Below are positions 1 through 10,839 of a stretch of DNA of 20,000 nucleotides, piece by piece. The stretch covers positions 486,504 to 506,503 of the forward strand of contig MU004246.1 of NCBI GenBank assembly GCA_010405405.1, written 5' to 3'. Within the stretch, counting starts at the first letter, position 1. Every line of letters begins with the position of its first letter. A program made the position numbers and the translations under genes. The notes under the pieces were generated by a model. It ran no database searches, was not told the DNA's origin, and saw only the letters and a program-made list of their open reading frames with translations. This stretch comes from Microthyrium microscopicum. Taxonomy: Eukaryota.

Positions 1-222
1 ACCATCATCGTCACTTTCCATGTCAAGGTTCTCAGCCCTCTGATCGTCTTCAATAGCCACCGTTTGAGGCTCAGGTACTGCCGTTTTCAGTTCTAGTGCT
101 ATACTATCGGCAGCGAGAATATCAGAGTTGTTATTATTTTGGTTGGCTAGCAAAAGTGCCATAAGGGGACCTAGATCTCCATCGGACTTCTCGTAAGTTG
201 TGATATGCTTGGCTTCTGCCAT
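1..222 (-). CDS. Partial (5' end) CDS of unknown function, running off the left edge
   Basis: ATG at 222 has A at -3 (caaaattATG). It is followed by 74 open codons to the window edge: MAEAKHITTYEKSDGDLGPLMALLLANQNNNNSDILAADSIALELKTAVPEPQTVAIEDDQRAENLDMESDDDG. The composition is acidic and protein-like; no family recognised. Confidence 0.5.
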   Translation of the reverse strand, partial: MAEAKHITTYEKSDGDLGPLMALLLANQNNNNSDILAADSIALELKTAVPEPQTVAIEDDQRAENLDMESDDDG

Positions 223-729
223 AATTTTGGTGCTATGGAAGAATTGAGACTTTTATTTGACAGTCGACTTCGATATGTCAAACAATGAAGACTTTTGGAA
301 ATTGGGGAAACAGTATGAATTTTAATGCGACGATCGGAGCCTTACGTCAGTCATTCTTACTTCTGATTCGTTCCAACCATACGATTGTTTAGGCATAGTA
401 CTAGGAGGAGCAGCGTAACAGGTACATATCTCAAAGGCGTTCCCCACTCAGCTCCTCTCTGGCCCAATTGTATTTTCGGACTGCCGCCCCAACTCAATTT
501 GAGCCTGTGGAGCTGCTCGCTAGTCAATTCTTTCAAGACTTGAGATTGGTAGTATGCCTATGGAAAACAACCACGTTTCATTTCCAATGGAACAGTGGGG
601 GGATGTGACTGGATTGACAAGATCGCCCGCAGCAACGCATGCAGCATGCAAAAAGCCGATGAATACTGCCTTCTGCGGCAAGTTTGATTTCGAGGACAAA
701 GAATTAGTTGCTTTACTTTACTTTGGCAC

Positions 730-751
730 TACAGCGTCTTTACAGCGTCTT
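730..751. repeat. Perfect 11-bp tandem duplication (TACAGCGTCTT x2)
   Basis: Read directly at 730-740 and 741-751, in the divergent intergenic region upstream of the SnoaL-like gene. Confidence 0.9.
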
Positions 752-894
752 ACGCCTGGCCAATACTAGACAACCACGTGGATGAGCATCTATGAGAGAC
801 TAAATCGAAAAAAATAGCATACAAAGGCCATAGGGAAGAACAACTTAAGAAGTTTCCATAGTGGTTTCAAGGATATCTCATTCAGTAACCTACA

Positions 895-1391
895 ATGTCA
901 CCTCAGAAGCAGCTACATATACAGCAGAAACACCACGTCGACCATGATACGATCATGAAGCGACTAGATGCGTACATCACAGCGTACAGATCAGGCAAGC
1001 CGGAAGCAATGATGGAGTTTTTCCATCCGGAAAATGTGGTATACTCTGACTTTGGTTGGTCCCCAAAATGACAAACATGAGAAAATGCTAAGATGCATCC
1101 GCAGCCGCGGGACTTCATGGACTATCTCGTTCTGAAATCAAAGAGACTTACAAAAGAACGTTTTCTGAAATCCATGACGTGAATATCAAGACTCTCTCAG
1201 TCCATGGCCATAAGGATTTCACCGCTTGGGAATGGGAGGTCTTTTGCAAACCAGAAATTGATACGACGACTGGGGAGAAGGTTGGAAAGGAAAATTCTTC
1301 TCAAAAACATTTGGCAGGTTGCACTTTGATGTGGTGGCAAGACGGGAAGATTATAAGAAACCATGATTACATGCAAATGAAAGATGCATAA
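895..1391 (+). CDS. SnoaL-like / NTF2-like fold protein, 148 aa, 2 exons
   Basis: Exons are 895-1054 and 1105-1391; the intron is 1055-1104 (GTTGGT...GCTAAG...CAG). Spliced product: MSPQ...LDAYITAYRSGKPEAMMEFFHPENVVYSDFAAGLHGLSRSEIKETYKRTFSEIHDVNIKTLSVHGHKDFTAWEWEV...AGCTLMWWQDGKIIRNHDY. The N-terminal helices, 'F.P.vvYsD' and C-terminal 'DGKI.R.hDY' are typical of SnoaL-like domains. Confidence 0.85.
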
Positions 1392-2282
1392 CATCGGTAT
1401 AGAACGGAGAGAATTTCCATACTAATTGTAAAGGATACTCCAAATGAGAACAGTCTTCATGGCCTGGGCGTGCAGTTCGTGATACTTGGTCCCTGTTACA
1501 CTCTCACAGCATGGCGTACCATGAATAAGGTCATCCTGCTGGGCTGGATCTAGAGCCATGAATCACTTTTACAGCAATTTTTCCCTTCTCCTGCTCTTGA
1601 GTTTGAGTTAGAGCTATGCAGAGGTTCTCGTATTCTTGATGTTGCTGCCAAAGAAGATACAGAAGATTGGCTAAGTGCAGATTGGAACATCTGCGCTAGC
1701 CGGAAAGGTTAAGCGCATACCGGTATGGGTCGGGGCGAACCTTCCCCAGTCTAGCGGAAAGGTGTACCGGTACCGTATCCGATGGCATCTCATTGGCTTG
1801 CTTGTTGAATCCAGTATCTCCTTTTTTTTGCGTTTCGCAAGTCCCAACTCCTCCTCAACACCGCCTTCATCACCTTTTGTACAATTGCTAAATATCTCTG
1901 TTTGGCAAAATTGCTGAGCTACTTTCTTCAGTCGCGTTGTTGTTAACAATGGCATTCTGAAACCTTTTACTGACAGGACAAGGTACCGTGCAGAACATTG
2001 ATTGATTAACAGGCGCTCGTTGGCATGTACCTCAATAGGTAGTTACTTCTAAACTGCGAGATCACCAATACTTCATGGCCGTAATATATTACAAGTATGA
2101 TCTAACCCAGATATTCAAATCTACCCGCCCAACTGGGTATAGGTAGCGAAAGGAAGCCCAACACCAAGCTGTTAAACATAAAGTATCATCATCATCCACA
2201 ATGCGAATACGTCAACGTATCACCTCTTCAAAATGCTTTGTGGTCGAGCAATCTTTTGCTGTAAATCGTCAGTATACGACAG

Positions 2283-3604
2283 TCACACCATTACGATTGT
2301 GCTTACCGTGCCAACTTCCTCCTCTACAATGTCCAGCTGTCTAGGAATGTTTGTACTCGACGTTGTATACAACTCTGTCGTCTTCACTATTCCCATATCC
2401 CACTTTTGACCTGCTCCTTCTATGTATTCATCACTAGGAGATTTGTTCTTGGTCTCACTGCTAGTACTCGATCGTGGCATTCCAGTCTCTACCCGGGTTT
2501 TGTTGCCATAGGTGTTCTCCAGGGGTATTCCGTGGAGACCGGCCTCTGAGGCATAGTCTCTATGATAGAAGGGGTTGGAAGAATTATGATGGCTTCTGTT
2601 GCGGCGTGATCTAGCTATTTGCCTTGTCGAAGTTGGCCAGAGATAACCCATAACTGGAGCGAAAGTCGCCAGGCAAAGCGCGAGAATTCCGACGGCAGGT
2701 TCAATCATAGACCAGATTGCGACGTCTGTCGCAGCCCCTGATGATGTTAGTATATCAGGCAACGTACTTTGGATGTCAATACTAACAAGACCAATCACCT
2801 CCAGCTCGCAAAGCCTCAGATGCCGGTATCTTGACCATCATGGAAATGGGCGCTAGCTGAGCAAATGCAACAACAGCAAATATCGCCGTCTTTTGACAAT
2901 GGGCCACTTTCACATCCTTTAGAATGAGCACTGGCATGGTGGCCAGAATGATATCAATGGTTGCTCCCCATGCTGATTGGAACAAGAATGATACCCTGGA
3001 GAGCCGCAAATGGCATTCGCCTTCCATGGTATTGCCTGCCGAATCCAAACGATCCCAGAAGTAGTTTATCGGTCGGCAACGGAATATTAGGACTATGACC
3101 ATGTAGATGGTGAACAAAATGTTGACCCAGGCGAAGGCGTAAACGACCCATCGTTGCCACGAACGTCGGACATGGCGCATGAGATGCTCGGCTGCAGCTA
3201 TTCGAAAGAGTCCGATGCAAACAGTATAGAGGATATCGGCGTAGAACCAAGCCTGGGCAGGGTCAGTCAGTATGAACCGCTCTTCGACGTCAGCTTAGTT
3301 ATACTTACATGGAAAGCATTTTTCAGTGACCCGATTTCAGGATCATGAATGTGTCGTCCGACACCCCAATATGCACTTGTAAGAACTAAAGCAACAAAGA
3401 TGTTGAAGAGAACCTACAATAAGTCAGTACTCTCACGTCATGAGGCTCAAGGTCACATACCATAGACACCAAAAGCATGTAATCATCGAACCATAGCCGA
3501 CGAGTGAGCTTCACCCGTACCAAAGCCCGGCCGAAGCATGAGAGCCATGTGAAGAGCAACGATATTGTCGCTACTGCGACGAGGGCTGGACCACGATTCA
3601 CCAT
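2283..3604 (-). CDS. PTH11-like / fungal rhodopsin-domain integral membrane protein (non-CFEM GPCR-like), about 389 aa, 4 exons
   Basis: Exons are 3604-3461, 3413-3309, 3252-2787 and 2737-2283. All three introns (47, 56, 49 nt) are GT-AG with CTGAC/CTAAC branch sites and the frames join. Family motifs: NRGPALVAV, 'R.lvR......wfDDyml', 'WGVGRHI', 'FRCRPINYFWD', 'IDIILATMP', 'IWSMIEPAVGILALCLATFAP', then a Ser/Thr-rich cytoplasmic tail. Confidence 0.9.
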
Positions 3605-6043
3605 TCCGCCAACATTTATGTCTCTCTTTTCTCGAGTCTTTTTGCAGTCCACTTCACTGCGACGGGAAAGAGCAGATGTTCACGCAACCATCAGAGGGTT
3701 TCAAGGAGAATGGAAAAGACTAGTGTGATGACCAAAACTGCCGCCCGAAAATAGCCAGGTCGAAAAACGGTGGTGTAAAAGATGGCAATATTTCCACGGG
3801 TATGACAACTGTGAAAGTCAACGAACTCCTCCTCTGGTAATCTCTCGCCACCAACAAAGCTCGTCCGAAACCCGGTCAGTCAACATTAGGGTCCAGGTAC
3901 ATAAGACTTCCAATCCGCTTTCAAGTCCCAGCTTCCTCTTCTAGCAGATATTGTCAAAAGAAGTACCTACTACGAGAGCCATATCAATTACTCCATCTAT
4001 TGCACCCCGCACAGAGCCTATCCCGTCACAGCATTGTGCCTGTCGAGCTGCATATTTCCAGACTTGTACAGCCGCTTACAGGCCCCTTATATTGGTTTTA
4101 TATTAACATGCTATCTTGGCACTGCGCTCGTCATCTCCAGCAATTGCTGGTTCCTCTGAACTGATTCTCTATTGGTATACTGACAGTCTTGAACGCACGT
4201 TGCTGCGTGGATCCCGTCCCAGCTGCTGAGCTGCGCACGCAGGCCAAGATGATGAGACCCAGGAACGGCTCTGCGGCCTATAGGCCAGATGGCTGTCAAA
4301 TGCCCGATATTGGGCGTTGGCCACTTTGTTTGTTACAGCGCTCGTCGCCGTGGCCTGGCAGCACTACCCAGGTACTAAGTCAAGGGGCTCAATGTTCGCA
4401 GATATATTGGAATCGCAGGGATGGTTAGTCCAGCACCAATTCCTGCTCACACCGAATCTCGTCTCACTACTAGAGGTCAATACTGTTAGACAGAGATGAG
4501 AGTTTTATGAGATTCTCCGTCGCAGGATCTACTTCATGGTAATGTGTACTTCCAGTGGCAATGGTATACAATACTGATATTCAAGGTTAAATTTTATCTC
4601 ATTTTTCGGAGCCGTTGTCTGCGCTCATTGTGTCTTAAAATCTAGTGAACTATCGAATACGAATACGATGCTGTAAGCCATTTATCTTGCAGTAGACCAA
4701 AACTTCAGATAGCAGTAGGATCTTAATGGGTACTCCACAGGAGGCATGCATGTGCACAGGCATTTTGCTGATCATGCTTTTTATAGGAACACGTTTGAGG
4801 TTCCTTCGCTTTCACTGACAGGCAAATATATCCAAATTGGCGAATTATTAATGTATTGCTCGTTGAGGCTAGATGTAGCCTTGTCACGGCCTTAACATCT
4901 TCTATATAGCACAACCTGCCAGAAGAAATTGCGCTGTAGAGCCAAACTTGAGCCTTAAAGAGAGGAGTTCACTAGGGCTGAATAACCCCGTATTTGTAGT
5001 CTGCTCAAATCCTTTCAGACACAATGAAGATTGTCAATATACCATAGTTGTATTAGCCAGTGAGCCCAGCTGTAGCTGTCTCTGCCCTATGCTATACGGA
5101 TTGGCATCTCCAATTCGAAGCCTTGTCATCCTTGTTCGGAGCTTCGTGTTATGGCTCTCATCAACAGATGATCGTATCTTGGGGAACGAACTATTGCCAA
5201 TTCTGATGATACATCGATGAAGATGGGAACCTGTTGCCCGTGTGCCCATAACTATAAGAACCACTCCATGAAGAATAAAAAGGAAGTGCCGACCAGAAAT
5301 GGCCAGTGTCTAATGTGCTCAAGTTTCAGAAGCATCATTAATTGGTAAGCTCATAGTGTTGATGATCGTGGCAGTGGCAATAACAGTATCACGGTGGTAC
5401 AGATAGAGGAACTCATGTGCCGAATAGTGAGGCACTATGGTCTTGAGCTGAAGAGACAGAAGAGTCAAGTCGAGTACTTTTTTTCTTATTTGGCTTAGGT
5501 GTAATCAACAAGTGATTGAAGGACTTGAAGTTACCATGGCTTGCATTTTCTGCTTGTACCTGTAACTAAAGACAAATCAATCGCGGCATCATAGCAACGG
5601 AGCATCATACAATATCCAGTTGTGCCATTATCTAAATGTTTCTAAGCCAAATCGAAATGTTGTCTTTGTGAGATCACCTTGCACAACTATTGCATCTTTG
5701 TCTTGCATAATCTTTAGATTATTTTCGTAAGACCAGCCTTTTCGCTGGAACACACCACAAATACCAATGTGATATCGATTTTCTTTGGAAAATAATAACT
5801 TGTAAAATTGCATTCGATCTGTCTCATCATGCAATGCCTTGCAACCTGTCGTGCCTGTCCTGTCAAGCCTGTATCATCTGGATGCATCGTGCCGATCGTG
5901 AGGCGCAGCAAAACTGCCCCCAGTTTCGGCGTAGAGTAGACTGATCCTGCGAATCCTACATCATCTCATCCGTTTACTACTCTTCTCGGAATCAACACAC
6001 AAGCGTGTTTTGTGCCAAATATGAAGACACTGAGTGCGGGATC

Positions 6044-7468
6044 ATGGACTTTCCAGACCACGATAAGGGCGAGAAGACTCCACTTCTGACGTCGAATCCG
6101 AAAAAGAACCCCCAAGCACCTGTTCGTACACAGGCAGCTCAACAATGCCTAGCGAAACTTCTCTCTATATCTCTAGCGATATCTTTCTTGACTTTTGTTT
6201 GCATTCTGCTGTACGCATGGCCTTATCAGTCCTCCCCCAGCCGAGCTCCTCCTTACAGGCCCGAGAAGCCGTTGATCCCCTTCCCAACATGTCCTGGTAG
6301 CAAACATATCATTACTCACATAGACAAGTTCCTCAACCCTCGAAGACTGCTTATCAATGAATCGATAACTGATCCAAATGTACGGAGCAAAATCCACCTG
6401 GCCCGAGGCGCTGAGACGCAGGACGCTGACATCATTGTCGAAACGCAAATTGGATCACAGTCAATTCATAACTACAACCCACTGCAGCTCACCAGAACAG
6501 AAAACGGTCTTCTCATAGCATCAGACGAGAATCAGGATAGAGATGATCCACTAAGACATCCTGCTTGTACCCAGGTTGCTATTATCGCATACATCAACCC
6601 ACGTATCGAGCGTATGAACCTTTTAGAAATCACCACTGTGGCCTCTTCCATCGAACTGGCGCATGGTGTTAAGCTCGAGACTGATCAACTCATGCTTTCT
6701 TCTAGTGAGAAAGATATCGCCTGGGCTGACGCTCCTGACTGTGTTACTGGGCAATATGCTGCCATACACAACCTGCAAGTGTCTACACGTAACGGCACAA
6801 TTTTTGGCAATTGGGCCCTTGATGCAAGCATGAAGATGAACAGTCATTCTGGGAACATCAAGATAGATTTGATACCATACAATTGGTCATACGGCCCTTA
6901 CACAGCTGGAAACATCAATGTGAAGAGCACATCCGGGAATATCGATATACGTACGCCATTTCTCCTGGAGACACCTTCTCAGCGAAAATATATGACTTCG
7001 ATCAGATCAAATACGGGCGACATCACCGGAGAGATTGTTCATGGAAGTGAAACGAACATCACGACAAAAGCTGGCTCGATTGAAATGGTAATGTTGCCGT
7101 ATAACGTGTATCCAGACCATCGTAGTCAGATTCGCACCAAATCTGGAGGTCGCACAACACTGCGGATTCTGGTGCCTATCAAGGACAGTTATTGGAGCAG
7201 TCACGTAATGAACAGAACATTGAGTCGCCATGAAACAGGAGATGGAAATTTTTGGGTACAATATCCGGCAGAATGGTTGGGAAACTTGCGTGGAAAAACC
7301 GATAACGGAACCATCAGTCTAAGAGGATCTTTCGACGACAAAAAAGACATATCGAACAGTAATCATACCGAAGCTATTTCTGCAAGAAAAGGCCAGGGAG
7401 GGAGTGATTTAAGATTCAAGGTTGGCAGCGGAAATGCTGAACTCATCATTGGCACGTCGTTTGGGTAG
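6044..7468 (+). CDS. Type II membrane protein with DUF4097/putative-adhesin-like beta-strand repeats, about 474 aa, intronless
   Basis: Long ORF with its first ATG at 6044 (the track start at 6005 is a GTG). There is one hydrophobic span, LLSISLAISFLTFVCILLYAW. Repeated units of the form 'x-[IVM]-x-[ST]-x-[SN]-G-x-I' follow: LQVSTRNGTI, MKMNSHSGNI, INVKSTSGNI, IRSNTGDI, NITTKAGSI, GKTDNGTI, FKVGSGNA. Confidence 0.8.
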   Translation: MDFPDHDKGEKTPLLTSNPKKNPQAPVRTQAAQQCLAKLLSISLAISFLTFVCILLYAWPYQSSPSRAPPYRPEKPLIPFPTCPGSKHIITHIDKFLNPRRLLINESITDPNVRSKIHLARGAETQDADIIVETQIGSQSIHNYNPLQLTRTENGLLIASDENQDRDDPLRHPACTQVAIIAYINPRIERMNLLEITTVASSIELAHGVKLETDQLMLSSSEKDIAWADAPDCVTGQYAAIHNLQVSTRNGTIFGNWALDASMKMNSHSGNIKIDLIPYNWSYGPYTAGNINVKSTSGNIDIRTPFLLETPSQRKYMTSIRSNTGDITGEIVHGSETNITTKAGSIEMVMLPYNVYPDHRSQIRTKSGGRTTLRILVPIKDSYWSSHVMNRTLSRHETGDGNFWVQYPAEWLGNLRGKTDNGTISLRGSFDDKKDISNSNHTEAISARKGQGGSDLRFKVGSGNAELIIGTSFG

Positions 7469-7731
7469 GAATCTGGAGACCAACATGAGATAGTGGATAT
7501 CATCATACCTCAACCTACAATGATTTACTTCGTTGAGAAGAAGGATTGCTTGCTTGATCAAATTAACTGCAGTCGGATCTTCTATTCCCCCGCTAGTTCA
7601 GCTATTTGTCAGCCCTTTATATCCACAATCCAACCGCTCACAAGTGCCTCCAAGACTTCTCAAGAGGTTCTACCTTCTAGAAGCCATTCATTCGCATACT
7701 CCAGCAGATCGAAACTTCCAAAAGCTTCAGA

Positions 7732-8824
7732 ATGTCTGATTTCCCCACGAAAACATCTCAATGGGTGATTGATTCATGCACTGGAACTTCAGGCTTACAA
7801 CTCCAACATGATATACCACTCCCGTCCATAGGGCAACATGATGTGCTCGTCAAAATTCACGCTGCATCATTGAATGCTAGAGATATCCAAATACTCGCAG
7901 TATGCTTCAATGCCTCACAAACAGTCCAGTTACTGACATCCCTAGAACAAGTACATGTGGGGAGTCACGACACCCGTCGTGCCTTTGACAGACTGTGCTG
8001 GTCAAGTCTTATCCATCGGTTCGTCAGTCACTCGCTTCAAAGCCGGCGATCGATGTGCATCGACTTTCCATTCTAAATGGATTTCTGGCAACATGAAGTC
8101 TCTTGCTCAGGTCTCACAAGTTGGTGCGCATACGGATGGTGTGCTCCGCCATTACGCTGTTTTTAACGAAGAAGAGCTTGTGAAGATTCCGTCCCATTTG
8201 AGCTATGAGGAAGCAAGCACGCTCCCTTGTGCCGCAGTGACGGCATGGAATGCACTATTTGGTGGATCAACACCCTGCAAACCTGGAGACGTGGTGTTGA
8301 CTCAAGGTAGTGGAGGAGTGAGTTTGTTCGCGAATCAGTTTGCGCGGGCTGCTGGAGCAAAAGTCATTGCAACTACTGGAGAGCTAGGCGGCGAGCGGGA
8401 AGCTGTTCTCGAAGAGCTTGGAGCGACGACCGTGTTAAGCTATCGAGACTCGGACTGGGGTATCAAAGCGAAAGAAGCAACAGGTGGACGAGGCGTTGAC
8501 ATCGTTGTGGAGGTCTCGGGAGCTGGCGAGCAGAGTGCGAAAGCAATCAGGCTAGGTGCGCAGATTATCGTTATTGGAGGATCATCTGGGAGTGGACCCT
8601 CAATGTTCGACATGAGAAGCACAATGGGTGAAGTGAGGCGCATTACTGTGGGCAGTCGAGACATGTTTGAAGACATGAACAGGGCGATCGATGTCAATGG
8701 TATAAAACCAGTATTGGATCCGAAGATTTGGGGGTTTAACGAAGTCAAAAAGGCCTATGAATATGCTGAGACGGGCAATCATAAAGGCAAAGTCGTTATA
8801 CGAATTGTAGAAGGCTCAACGTAG
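7732..8824 (+). CDS. Medium-chain dehydrogenase/reductase ('zinc-type alcohol dehydrogenase-like', quinone-reductase-like subgroup), 348 aa, 2 exons
   Basis: Exons are 7732-7899 and 7946-8824; the intron is 7900-7945 (GTATGC...ACTGAC...TAG). Motifs: VLVKIHAASLNARD, VPLTDCAGQV, VTRFKAGDR, LSYEEASTLPCAAVTAWNAL, Rossmann loop TQGSGGVSLFA, GRGVDIVVE, HKGKVVI. It lacks the GHE motif and the Cys4 structural-Zn lobe of classical ADHs. Confidence 0.92.
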
Positions 8825-8976
8825 TGAAATCTGATATGCAAAAACAGCACACCATGAAGCATGTTTTCATAGACCGCAGCTTTGATAATGAACTGATATT
8901 AACAACATGGGTGAAGTTCATCTCGTACTTCGTATTATTACCCATGTATTGCACCTCTTTTAAGCTACTTGTCCTT

Positions 8977-10839
8977 CTAACCAACAAGTGGCTTTGCACC
9001 CTTGGGAAGGGAGATTTTGAACACAAGAACCTGGTTCTGGGCATTGACCGTGTCATGAAGCAGCGTCTTGCCACTGTTGACATAAACTACGAACATTATT
9101 AGCTCTAGCCCAACAAAGGTAACAATAATCGAGAAACACTTACCATCAATGGCACGGAAATCATTGTCGGAGAGCGAGAAGACGAAATAGTCTTGGCTGC
9201 CGTCCTTGTTGATCACAATATCATCGTCATCAGAATGCACTGGGACCATAGCAATGCTCTCCCACTTTTCGTTGAGTAAACCGGCATCCTGGGCGCCGCC
9301 GTTGTGCAACCCGAATTTGCCGAGCTGGGTGTTGTCGTTGTAGTTGAGGAAGGAGCAATAGGTGGCAATGTTGATATCGGACTTGAGGGTGGCGGCCTTG
9401 ACAGCAGTGACGATAGTGCCATTGGTGTCATCATACTTTCCGAGAATGTTCGTCGCGTTGGAGATGTCAAAGACGTCAATGTGTCGGTATGTGGAGAGGC
9501 CATCAGGTAGACCAACACCGTGATTAGAATCTCTGGCGAGGACGAAGAATTGGGTGTCTGAGATGTAGTGGATCTATTATGGCATCAGTCTTGTCAAGTT
9601 AGCTGCTTCTGATGATCGTTCACTTACCTCGCTTTGGGCAGCGGTCTTGCCATCTGCGGCCAGGGGCAGCTTGACAACGTATTCACCAGTCGCCTTGGGA
9701 GTTTTGCCAGTAATGTCGTAGGTCAAGAAACGGTCATAGTAGCCTATAACGTAAGTGTCAGCAAAACTTGTCAATGGCTTTGGTGGAGACTAAACCTACG
9801 GTTGCTGCTGCCGCCATTGCCACCGTCCTGGCGGAGAGCGGATTGCATCAGAGTGAAGAGTTTCTTTCCATTGGGGCTGATGGTAAGACCCTCAAGACCT
9901 TGGTTATTCTGACGACCTGTAACAGGATCGGCTGGCGATGGGTCAGCCTTTGGGTTGTAGATGGGAGGAGAGTCGGCAGAAAAGCTATAGTATGCGGTCA
10001 GTTTCTACCATCACTGTCGAACTTGCGAATTCCATACCTCTCTGTGCCGTTTCTCTGGGGAATAAAGGCATTTGGAGGACGAATAGCCTCGATCATCTTG
10101 CCATTAGAGTTGAACTTGTAGACATAGGGGCCATATTCGTCAGAGATCCAGAAAGAGCCATCATCGTTGAGGACGAGACCTTCAGCATCAAGAGGCACAC
10201 GCGTTCCTCCAGTGCCGTTGTTTCCGAAGCCATCACCAGTATAATGCACAACAGGCAGATCAGGGAAGCCGGGGAAAGACGCATGACTGCCAGCTTTGAT
10301 GTCGCCGTCCAATCCTGTCATAGGAGTTCCGGATGGATCTGTCAAGAAGATGGTCTCCTTGTATACAAGCTTGACGTTGGTGTTGTTTGGGGATCCGGTA
10401 GTTTGACCAGCGTCAAAGGTTATCTTGAACTTTTGGATTCTTGGCTGATAGTTGATTGTTCCGTAGACGTTGAAGCCACGATCTGGCAGACCCCATAGGA
10501 TGCCGCTGTACTTGTTTTTGCCTACAAGCTCCCATGAATCCTTCTCAATGGCTGCGCTGTGACAGATTTAGCTTTTGGGTGCTATCAAATAGTGTCCATG
10601 ACTAACCTGGAGCCAATACCTCCGATGGTATCTTTCCTCGAGTCACGAGCATCGTATGGTACAAATCCGTAACCGGCAAAGTTCTTGTACGCATACTGCT
10701 TGCCGTTGCATGTTGTCGAAGAAGCAGTAGTGTTCACTGGAATTGGAGTAGCAGATGGCTTTGGTTGTTTTGATTGTTTGGGAGCAGCGCTCACTGCGGC
10801 TGCCCCAAAGGCAACTGCCAGCATTAAAGTATTACGCAT
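8977..10839 (-). CDS. Secreted 'esterase-like activity of phytase' (phytase-like) family protein, about 530 aa, 6 exons
   Basis: Exons are 10839-10607, 10556-10038, 9984-9800, 9743-9628, 9573-9144 and 9086-8977 (sum 1593 nt). The five GT-AG introns are 50-57 nt. Signal peptide: MRNTLMLAVAFGAAAVSA. Family motifs: DTIGGIGS, LWGLPDRGFN, LDAEGLV...FWISDEYGPY, GRQNNQGLEGLT, LMQS, AQSE, LLNEKWES, SLSDNDF. Confidence 0.9.

Noticed and set aside
257..283. Inverted repeat TTTGACA...TGTCAAA
   Set aside because: The arms are only about 7 bp, which is expected by chance in AT-rich intergenic DNA. No transposon or target-site-duplication context.
554..769. 71-aa plus-strand ORF
   Set aside because: No recognisable motifs; it lies in the promoter region of the SnoaL-like gene.
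1671..1955. 94-aa minus ORF as a real gene
   Set aside because: No family motifs and no consistent splice model to extend it. It could be a relic, but that is unsupported.
4245..4499. Hydrophobic fragment YWALATLFVTALVAVAWQHYP with nearby GT/AG signals
   Set aside because: An in-frame TAG lies just upstream and there is no ATG or coherent exon chain. At best an unidentifiable relic.
5628..5911. Short minus-strand ORFs of 65-68 aa
   Set aside because: They rely on non-ATG starts, show no recognisable motif, and overlap the likely promoter of the 6044 gene.
9304..10498. Plus-strand ORFs up to 186 aa
   Set aside because: Antisense shadows of the phytase-like gene exons.
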